Origin: Vitrella brassicaformis CCMP3155
Lineage: Eukaryota; Protista; Chromerida
Length of the DNA stretch: 28,133 nt
Reading direction: 5' to 3'
Assembly: GCA_001179505.1 (NCBI GenBank)
Contig: CDMY01000713.1
Location: forward strand, 1 to 28,133
The notes beneath the pieces were generated by a model, which was not told the DNA's origin, made no database searches, and worked only from the letters and a program-made list of their open reading frames with translations. Both the position numbers and the translations under genes were made by a program. Numbering within the stretch: position 1 is the first letter of the stretch; every line of letters starts with the position of its first letter. This document shows positions 11,096 to 20,990 of the stretch, piece after piece.

Positions 11096-12013
11096 TCAGC
11101 TGTCGCCCTCACCTCCTCCAATGAGCGCCCTCGCCATCGACGGCCCGAACACCTCCCTAACCCGCCCCTTGGCCGCCGCCATCATCCCGCCCTCCGTCGT
11201 GAACACCATCACCAACCCGCTGGTGAAGACGATGGCATACGTCAGCTGGGCGTCGCCCATCCGCCAGCCAGACAGCCCCAGCACCCTCTTGCTGAATCCC
11301 GCCTGGCTGATGCTCACGTGGCGACAGGAGTCGAGCACGTGGGCAGGGAGGGGCAGGGGCACGTTGGCCTTCCCGACAGACCGCTCGTTGCCGTCGTGGG
11401 GTGCCAGGAGTGTCTCGCCCAGGACGGCGTCGGTGAAGCACCGATAGCTGTCCCGGTCGCCGACCGTCGTGGGCGGGTTGGCCGCATCACCGGCGCCGCT
11501 GAGGTGCAGCGTCATGGTCACGGTGGTGCGGCTGCCGCCTCCACCCATGGCGTAGGTCATCTCGCCCTCGGTCGATTGCTGCAGGCGGAGCGACCCCCGG
11601 GGGGTCAGGTGCGCGCTGATGAGCATGTACTGCGCGACGGCCTCGGGATGGTGCTTGAGCTGGCCGAGTCTCGCCGAGACGATGTCCTGCCTCGTCAGCT
11701 GGATGGGGACACCGGTGATGGTCTTGAGGTGTGCCGCCGTGCACACCATCGCCTCCCACCGCCGCCAGTCGCCATATCGCTGCTCAAACACCCGGATCAA
11801 TCCGAGAAGCGCACCGGAGTCGCCGCGCAGCTCGTCGTAGGCGAAGAACAGAGATGCGCCGGTTCTGCGGAGGGCCTTGTCGAGTCGGGAAGAGAGGAAG
11901 CGGGCGTCGACGAGGATGGCGAGGGATCGGGAGGGACTGCGCAATGCTGGGAGGGTTTCTACTGGAGTCAGCTGTGCGACGATTCGGCGGACGTCATCCG
12001 AAAGCGACTCCAT
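11096..12013 (-). CDS. Intronless hypothetical protein (~305 aa) with an F-box-like N-terminal motif
   Basis: Uninterrupted ORF from ATG 12013 (MESLSDDVRRIVAQLTPVETLPALRSPSRSLAILVD, resembling the F-box pattern LxxLPxE/DxxxxIxxxLxxxxLxxLxxxS) to TGA 11096; GC-rich coding-like composition with no microsatellites, unlike its flanks. Confidence 0.7.
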   Translation of the reverse strand: MESLSDDVRRIVAQLTPVETLPALRSPSRSLAILVDARFLSSRLDKALRRTGASLFFAYDELRGDSGALLGLIRVFEQRYGDWRRWEAMVCTAAHLKTITGVPIQLTRQDIVSARLGQLKHHPEAVAQYMLISAHLTPRGSLRLQQSTEGEMTYAMGGGGSRTTVTMTLHLSGAGDAANPPTTVGDRDSYRCFTDAVLGETLLAPHDGNERSVGKANVPLPLPAHVLDSCRHVSISQAGFSKRVLGLSGWRMGDAQLTYAIVFTSGLVMVFTTEGGMMAAAKGRVREVFGPSMARALIGGGEGDS

Positions 12014-12347
12014 CTCAGCATGAGGGTCTGTGGTTGGTTGGTTGGTTATTGTGTTTAACGAGACTCGTGTCTGTAACCCCGTGGAGAACCCGCTCTGCGA
12101 ACTGCCAGGCCGCCTAGGGTGCTCCATGAAACCGCTGGTGCTGCGAGCTCAAATCAAGAGGAGAAGAACTCGCCTTTTTTGGCCCCAGGAGAATCCAGCC
12201 ATCGGGGATCTCCGACAGGGCTGCGTGAGACCGGCAGATCTGCCCATTTGACCTCCTGCATTCGTCCATTTCTCGTGAAGGCACGCACTGGCAGGCCCTC
12301 AGGGGCTGTCGTCGATGCAACCACCCCCACCACCACTGGCAGACAGG

Positions 12348-12586
12348 ATGGCGTTCAGGGCGTTCGACTCGGCCGATGTGGTGTGGGTGGCGATATCCAG
12401 CGTGTTGGTGGTGATGATGACGCCAGGGGCGGCCCTCTTCTACGCAGGGCTGGTGCACCACCACTGCGCCCTGACGATGATCTTCCAGTCGTTCTCGTGC
12501 TTGGCGCTGTGCCAGATCATCTGGTACGCACACAGCAGAGGAGAAAGATCCATTGCCCTTGTCTGTGTGTGTGGCCATCTCCTCTC

Positions 12587-12623
<37 letters not shown>

Positions 12624-14762
12624 TGGTTAGGTACATCTACGGCTACTCCCTGGCTTTCTCGCCCAGTGCGGGAGGTTTGGGTGTGATAGGCACGTTCGAG
12701 AGGGCCTTCCTGATGGGCATGGACGAGAACGCGACCTCCACTATGAGCAACCGGGTGCCAGAGGGCATGATTTACATCTATCAGCTCACCTTTGCCAGTA
12801 TCACGGCGGCCCTCATCACCGGCACCACAGCCAACAGGATGAGATTTAGGGCTTTCGTGGTGGGTGAGGGAGGGCGGGCGGGCAGGACAGAGCAGAGCAT
12901 GGGATGCATGGCTGGCTGCATAGCATATGTCTGTGTGTGCCTTCCTTCTGCTCCTCTCTCTCGTTGTGTTGAGTGCACTGCCTGCAGCTGTTTATCGTTC
13001 TGTGGGTGACGTTTGTGTATGTGCCGGTGGCACACTGGGTCTTCAACCCGACAGGATTCCTACACAAGGTAGGCCGCTTGTAGCTTGGGGGGGGAACAAA
13101 CCTTCCGGTGGGCGGCCCTTCCTTAACAACTCTCTCTTTGTTTGCACCTGACCGCCCTGTGTCGTGTTGTGTTTGCTGCGCCTCCTGCAGTGGGGATGTC
13201 TTGATTTCGCGGGTGGCGTCGCTGTGCATGTTGTGGCCGGCGCGTCAGCCCTCGCCATCTGCCTCTTCTTCGGACCGCAAAGGAGCGATGACCAGCACCA
13301 CTCCATCCCCCTCATGACCTTGGGCACCACCCTGCTTCTGGTGGGCTGGTTCGGCTTCACCGCGGGCTCGTCCCTCGAGGCTAATGCGGTAAAAATGCAC
13401 CCAATGGCCGCATCGCATCCACCAGCACGGACACACCACCAGCTCGTGTGTGTGTGTGTGCGTGTGTGTGTGCGTGTGTCTCCAGTCCATGGTTGTCGCG
13501 CTGCTGAACACGGCCACGGCCGGCGGCCTCGGTTCCATGACCTGGGTTACACTAGACTGGATCTTCAGCAAACACCCCAGGTCAATCAATCTATCTTTCG
13601 GAATCGCGCAAGTCAACAACAATGCGTTTTGGATGGCATCCACGTGTGGTGTTCACACAGGCTATCCGCCTTCCTGGAGGGGTACATATCAGGCCTCGTC
13701 GTCATCACCCCCGCAGCGGGCTACGTCGCCCTGTGGACGCCTTTCCCCATGTGTGTGCTGGGGGTCGCCTGCTCGTGGGCGTCCTCACGGTGGACCGCGA
13801 ACAAGCTGCACGACCAGCTGCACGTCTTCGGCATCCACGGCGTGGCTGGGGCGGCGGGCAGCATCCTCCTGGCCTTCTTTGCCAGCAGAAGGGTGCGTCA
13901 GGGCATCCCTGACGGAATATTGCTAGCTGACAGTGCTACGCAGTGGGCGAGCTGGCGGCTGCTGGGGCTGCAGACGCTGGGGGTGGTCTTGGGTGGCGCG
14001 TGGGCGTTGATCGTCACGTATGGCATCCTCTTCGTTATCGACATGTGAGCGAGCATACACCCACGACAGACAGACACAGAGTAGGGGCGGGCAGATGTGT
14101 GTGTTGGTGTGGTGTGCACTCATGTTTGTCTGTCTCGTGTCAGGTGTGTAATGCGTTTGCGCCTGGAGGCCGAGTTCGGCAGCGCGGCAGAGCTGGACCA
14201 GATCGAGCTTGGCGAGACGGCCTACGGCACCTCGGCAACCAAGCTCGTCATGCCCTCGACCGAAGGCTCCTTCGTCCCCACTCAGGTGCGCTGGCGGCAG
14301 TGCGACCCCCCAGAGGTCGCCGCAAATGCCGACCTCGCCATCACGCCACTCAGCGACTTCAACACCATCTTCGCGCCAGCCACCCGTGTCGATAAGTCTG
14401 TCGGGCAGACCACCCCCACCAGCCAGACGCCCCCCCAGCAGTCATCACCGCTCGACTCTCCCCACTTCGTCAGAAGCAACACCCCGCCCAACAGCAACAC
14501 GAGGCGAGACACCGTCGCCGGCCCGCCTGGCCCGCTCGTCCGCATATCGGCTCAGAGCAAAGAGGCCAGTCATGGCCAGCCGCTGAGCCATGCCTTCATG
14601 CAGCTGGGCGAGGAGGGGAGACCCGCTGTGGTCAAGGAGAGCGCGCAGAAGGCATTGTCGCCGTCACTTGAGGGCATCCCGGAGCATCCCAAGGAGACCA
14701 ACGCGGGCAGGGGGGGCACCATGGGCGAGGTGGTGGTCTTGTCTCACTCTACCCCCAACTGA
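12348..14762 (+). CDS. AMT: Ammonium transporter, Amt/Mep family (~593 aa, 7 exons) with a long C-terminal tail
   Basis: Exons 12348-12523, 12631-12859, 12988-13068, 13191-13388, 13486-13580, 13661-14044, 14144-14762, phase-consistent. Signatures: MMTPGAALFYAGLV, YQLTFASIT, LDFAGGVAVHVVAG, GWFGFTAGSS, GLVVITPAAG, VFGIHGVAG, MRLRL...LDQIELGETAY. An in-frame upstream ATG at 12315 is an alternative start. Confidence 0.95.
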
Positions 14763-16240
14763 TGGGTCGGTCGGTCGGTGAGAGGGTGAGGGCGAGGGAG
14801 GACGGGCCGTGATGATGATTGTTGTGTATCCACACGCCATTCAATTTGGTGTTTTTCGACGCTGTTGTGTGCTGCCTGGTCTGGGCCCGATCCAGCCTGT
14901 CACATGAGGGAGGGATGCATCAACACATCACAAAAAGCGTCGAGGGGCTGAGGGGGGAGGGATTGAGAGGAGAGAGGGGGCTCCACCGCATGACGACAAG
15001 ACGCATACATACAGCTGACAGCCTCGCGTGAGCGAGGTTTTTTAATGGCATCTGTCGGCCTCTTCTCCTACCTCTCTGTGTGTGGGTGTGGGTATGTGTC
15101 GGTGTGTGGGTGTGGGTGGAGCGGGTTTCTCCCTCAAGGCTGGTGCGTCCGTCCATATCGGTGCGCACGCATAGGTCTGCGATGGATGCGGTAGGTCCTT
15201 CCTGCCTGTCTGTCCCTGTCGGTCGGTGCCACAGAAGCAAAGAAAGGACGACAGGGCCTGATGAGATGAATGAGTGTATGTATCTATGTGGATGTGTTCA
15301 TGTTGGTTCGTGTGTGGGCGTATTTGTCTTCCTTAGTTCCTTCTCCATCTCTCTCACCTCTATCCCCGTGTGTGGATGCGATGTGCGCCGTTCGTTTAGC
15401 GTCAGTCATGTGTGTGTGCGTGTCTCTCTCTCTGTCTGTCTGCCGGGTGGCCGTACCTATGTCGCGAATGTCGTTGTTTGTGTGTCGACGAGACGAACCA
15501 ACCAACCAACGGAGGGAACTTTCATCGTGCCGGAGAGCCAAGGAGCGGGCGTGGTGTCTTGCCCACGCCTGCGTGGCCGCTGCATTTTTTGCCTTGACGG
15601 CTGACTCGCTAGCTTCGGACGGGGGGAGGCAAGGGGGTCAATGGTGTTTACAGTGGAAGTGCCGGGCCTGTCTGCCCGTCTGGTTGCCCGTCTCGCCTGT
15701 GTGTCGATCCGTCGGTCTCGTCTCTCTCTCTCGTCCTGTGTCGCTTTATCTACATCTCAGCGCCCGTCCCCGTGTTGGGGCCGGGCCGTCGTGTGGTGTG
15801 GTGTGGATGGTGTGGGTGTCGGCTAGTCCTTGTTCGTCTATCATGCTCTCTGTCTGTCTGTCTGTCTGTCTACCTGTCTGTCTGTCTATCTGTGTGTGTC
15901 CGCGTCGGGCGATTCCCCGACATAAATATGTGAATGGCTGTGGAAGCCGATGGATGTGAGGCGACTTGGCTTTTTGCCGGGGCTGCGGGCACCGGTGGTA
16001 TGTGCTGTGTCGGTCGGTCAATCTGCTATCCAGAAATGCATGTCATGTGCGTGTGTGCCTCTCTCTCTCTCTCTCTATATCTTGTGTGTTGTGTGTGTAT
16101 GTATGTGTGTGTATGCGTGTTCACTCTCCCTCGCAGAGAGATGGGCGGGCTGTCGTGTTCCCGCCCATCTAATCGCGAAGATCGCCGTCGCACCGTTTAA
16201 GTGAGCCTGCCTGCCTGCCTGTCTGCCTGTACACGTGTGT

Positions 16241-16540
16241 NNNNNNNNNNNNNNNNNNNNNNNNNNNNNNNNNNNNNNNNNNNNNNNNNNNNNNNNNNNN
16301 NNNNNNNNNNNNNNNNNNNNNNNNNNNNNNNNNNNNNNNNNNNNNNNNNNNNNNNNNNNNNNNNNNNNNNNNNNNNNNNNNNNNNNNNNNNNNNNNNNNN
16401 NNNNNNNNNNNNNNNNNNNNNNNNNNNNNNNNNNNNNNNNNNNNNNNNNNNNNNNNNNNNNNNNNNNNNNNNNNNNNNNNNNNNNNNNNNNNNNNNNNNN
16501 NNNNNNNNNNNNNNNNNNNNNNNNNNNNNNNNNNNNNNNN
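16241..16540. other. Assembly gap (300 N), intergenic
   Basis: N run of the same length as the first gap, consistent with a placeholder size rather than a measured gap length. Confidence 0.95.
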
Positions 16541-17120
16541 TAGGCCGTGAGGCTACCGACCTGCGCCTGTGGAGTGTGTGGATGGACGGACACCTTTGTG
16601 TATGTGTGTGTGCCCTTTATGGAGTGCTGGCTGCCCTGCACTGGCTGCAACCATGTGTGGACACATTCGTATGCTGTGTCCATCCATCCAGCCATGGGGA
16701 CACATTCATTGGATCATGAAATGTCAGTCGGCAGACACCAGCACACCAACACACACACACAGCAGCCAGCAGCACGAACACCACAGTTCACACCACCGCC
16801 AACAAAACACCCGCCCGTCAGCCAGCAGCCAGGCAGCCAGTGTCTCTACACTCACCTTTAGGCAGCAGGTGCGCCGCCACCGCGTCCATTCGATCACGTG
16901 ACACCTCAGTGGTGGGTCAATGAACGATGGGGTGACAGTTCTCCATCTGCCAGCCTTCCATCCATCCACCCACCCGCCCCATCCCACCTATCGAGCCGTC
17001 CATCCAGACATGCGGCATCTACCACACATATATAAGCGGCGGGCGACAGGCAAGCACTTGACTAAGTCAGGCGGCGACAACCATCTATGCCTCCATCACA
17101 ACCTGCCCACTCTTCTTCAA

Positions 17121-19487
17121 TCATGTCATCCCCAGCGACGTGAATGTCTCTCTCCCGTCCCGCCCCCTCTCGACCCACCCCACCGCCTCCCACTCCACCA
17201 CAGCCACATCCTTGCTGAAGCCGTTGTCGATCTCCCCCACCAGCTCCCACTTGGCCGCCTCGTCCAGGATGGCCCAATGCACCACCTCACGCAGCTCCAT
17301 CTTGCGGCCACCCACACCGCCCACCACAAAGCACTGCAGCTGAGGCACACGCACCACCTGGCCGCCCACATTGGCCGTCCCGCCCACCACCTCCCTGTTG
17401 CTGCTGGCCTGGTACTCTGCCGACTTGACGAAGTGCTCCGCTGCCGCACACACACGGCGGGCCATGTCGCTGTGCCGCACACCGACGGCCTCGTCTGTGG
17501 TGGCCTCCTGGGCGGCAGCCATGTCGAAGATGTATGATGCGATACGCCAGCCGAAGATGGGGGCCTCCTGCGGGCCGACGGCCAGCCGGGGGGTCAGGAG
17601 GGCCGCGAGTGAGCGGTGGGGGGCGAAGGCGGCGTTGACAGCCGCCATGACGGCAGTGGGCAGCTGATTGAGCACTGTCGCATACTCCGTCAGCACCAGC
17701 TGGCGGCCGCGGCGGTTCTCCTCTGTGGCTGTGGGGATGGTGCTGATGTCGGCCCCCGCCCGCAGCAGGGAATGGGTGATCTGCTCGTAGTTGGGAATCT
17801 TGGCGCGATACCGCTCCTTGTCGGCGTCGGGCGTGTCCGGGTCCTGAAGCTCTTGGGTGTAATGATCGAGCCTGTTGGCAGCCAGGGCGAGGGGCGTCTG
17901 GCCGTCGTTGGTCCGTCTGTCGATCTGGGCAGCGGGCAGCTTGCGGCAGAGGTAGTCGGTCACATGGGGAGACCCCCACAGTGCCGCTTCGTGCAGTGGC
18001 GTGTACCCCGTGCCATCGACTGCCATTATGTCGGCGCCGTTCGCCGTGATGAGGTCGAGGTAGCTGTCGATGAACGACTGGGGGTAGTGGACCTGCGTTT
18101 GGGCGGCTGCCCTGTGCACCAGGTTTTCGTTGAAGGCGTCTCGTTGGGCGGCGAGTGTGGGGTCTCGTGTGATGAGTTGCCGGAACATGGGCATGAGCAG
18201 CTGCAGATACTCAGTGGGAGGCGGACGCAGGGGGGAACGGGGCAGCTCCATCACCATGGGTGCGTATGGGTGTGGTACGCGAAGGTCGATGCCTTGCTGA
18301 GCCATCAGCAGGTCGAGGGCCGTCTGATTGCCGGATGCAATCGCCACTCGGAGAAGCGTCTGTTCGCCGGTCCCGTCGGCTGCCGCATTGGGGTCAGCTC
18401 CTCCGTCGAGGAGTGCGGTCAGGACGGCCGACTGCAGCTCGTCAGACGACCAGTGTGGCAAGGCGACGAGGCGGAAAGCATCATCGTCTTCGGCTTGGAT
18501 GTTCTCGACGGTGTAGCCCGACTTGTTGTCGATGGCGAGATGGACCAGAGAGTAGCCAAGGCCAGAACACCCATGGCCCTTTCTCCGCAGCCAAGGGATG
18601 ACATCCGGGTCGGCGTTCTGCTGCATGAGACGTGCCACTTGCTGGGGGCTGGTGACGGTGCGGCCGATGACGTCCAATGCCAGCTGCTTGGTGGCCTCGT
18701 TGGTGCCGTGGGGGAATCGAACCTCGATGTCATCGGGTCTCCAACAGCCGTCAGGCACCTCGACCGTGGTGGCCGCCAGTATCGGATGGCCTGCAACACA
18801 CACAGCCACCACACGACACACACAGTGAAGGAATGTGTGTGGGCATCGAAATCTTTCGCGTCTGTCTGTCTGTCTGTTTGGCGTACCGTCCTCCTCATAG
18901 CCGTCGTCGTCATAGTCGTCGTCATCTAAGCCGTCGCCCAGCGGCCCACCGTCGTCATCACTGTCGTCCTGCACACCATCCTAACACAACAAAGAGAAAG
19001 AGTGAGAACAATCGCTGACGCTCGTCGGGTGGGGCGGCTGCTGCTGTCAATGAGCGACTCACCGATTCGGATTCGCTATCAGCTGCCGCCTGTAGACCTT
19101 CTCCCTCCTCCTCGGCCATCTCGCCGTCCTCCTCCTCACGCAACAAATCTGAAACGAAGACATTCCAACACATTCGTCAGCAACGCAAGAATGTATGTGC
19201 TGCTGGTGTGTTGATCAGTCTGTGTGGCGTGCTGTTGACTCACCACTGTCAGCGTCATTGTCGTCTTGTCCGTCTGGCTGCCCGCCGCCATTGTGATCCT
19301 CCTCAGCTACATCGTCTGCACACGCAATCGAAGACACAACCAAATACACAAACACACGCACATCCAGAATGCGAGAACGGTGTGTGTTTGATGTGTCACA
19401 TTCATCTGTTTGTGGCGTACCTGCATCGCCACCGTCACCGTCCGCCATGGCAGTGGAGGCCATGTGGGTGTCGCGACGCTCGGACAT
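17121..19487 (-). CDS. Ankyrin-repeat protein (~662 aa, 5 exons) with an acidic N-terminal region
   Basis: Exons 19487-19421, 19315-19244, 19148-19063, 18980-18887, 18790-17121, all phase-consistent GT-AG. Ankyrin motifs: ALLDGGADPN, TLLRVAIASGN, ITANGADIMAVDGTGYTPLHEAALWGSPHVTDYL, DGQTPLALA, LLRAGADI. The first exons are less certain than the last. Confidence 0.85.
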
Positions 19488-20132
19488 CTCACTCACTCAA
19501 ACAGACACCAGCCGCTGCACCAACCACATACAGAGAGGCAAGGGATGGGCAGACACCTGCTGCATGCGATGCGTTGTGTCTGTGCTCGCCCACCTATTGT
19601 GAGTCGAAATGGTATAGAAAGGCGCTCAATCAGTCCGCCCGGTCACCAAGGCAGACCTGCAGAATACCAAACCGATACACACTCACTGGTGAACCAATCG
19701 CATCCTCACTCACTCAGTCACCGTCAAGAGAGCTGCTAAGCTTCGAGATGGTCAATTCGTCGGCAGCAGATCTGTCCACACTACCGCCGCTACAGGCGCC
19801 TCCGAACCACAACAAAAGGGCCTCAACAGCGACAGGAAGGAAGCCCACGGATGCAGCAGGAGAGCCGCCGAATGATGAATGGATGGACTCATCCCCTCCG
19901 TGATGCCCAACGCTCGGTGGGGACCTGTTGCGCTAGAGCAGACAGACCGAAACCCATGTGCGCTTCCGCCAAAGACGAAACGAACCTCCACCTACGACGC
20001 ACAGGTACGTGCATGTAGGTGCATGTACGTGTCGATGACGGCTCTCCTCTTCATCTCGCCCTCTTTTTCCTTTTTCTTTCCTTGCCTTACAGGCATTGCC
20101 ATTTGGAGGGAGGAACTGTCCGATGAACGGAG

Positions 20133-20956
20133 ATGAAGGAAGCGCATTTCCTCGCCTGCGTCCCTGTGTTTGCTGCTGCGGTGGTCTGCTGGTTCACCCT
20201 CAGCAGCTTGGACGACTACCGCGCCCTCCTCGAGCCCTGCAAGCGAGTCCAATTCGACGACACACGACTCATCGCCACTGACGGGGACGCAGCAGAGTCA
20301 CCAAGCTGGTGGAGCATTGGGTTCTTCTCGTTCGTCTCACGCAAGCCCGGCAAATCTATCGACATTGGTGCCGTCGGCGAGGCCTCTCGCGACGACAGAT
20401 ATGACCCACTCACTCTCCGCGTTGATGTGAGGTCGGCGTGTCCGCTCTCCCGGCAGCAGACGAGGGCCAAGGAAAGGCTGGAGAGGCGGCCAGGCGTGCC
20501 TGACGGCTATGAGGCGGTCATCATGTGTGTGTTGGACGAGAGGGATGGGCCACTCGGTCACTGCTTCCATCTGTACATGCAGCCGGCATCGGGCAGGGTC
20601 ATCTTCAACGGGACTCTCTATACTGCCGATGACGCCGCCCCAGGTGGCTGTGGGAGTGAGGAGAATGTCGCGGCCCTGGCCCACCTGCTGGCTGTCTGCC
20701 GCTCTTGCTACCTGGAGGTGCCCCTCACACCCATCCAAATGGCGTCCTGGCTGAACGACACCGACACAGGGGTCAATCGCTTCCTTGCGGCGGCCACATA
20801 TCGGCGTCGGGAGCTCCCTTCACCTGAGCACCCCCACAGACGGCCGTGGCTGCGGCGCCCGAGCACACACTACGTGTCTTTCCCCCCTTCGGACGCCTTA
20901 ACTGCAGAAGGCCATTTCACCGGTAGGGCAGATGAAGCACTGATGCATCAGCAACA

Positions 20957-20990
<34 letters not shown>

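Noticed and set aside
10745-12058. 437-aa plus-strand ORF
   Set aside because: Antisense shadow of the intronless minus-strand gene; begins in microsatellite DNA and has no domain features.
14763-17120. Possible gene between Amt and the ankyrin gene
   Set aside because: Only microsatellite-derived ORFs and isolated splice-like motifs; part of the region is an assembly gap.
17616-18929. 437-aa plus-strand ORF
   Set aside because: Antisense shadow of the GC-rich ankyrin exon.
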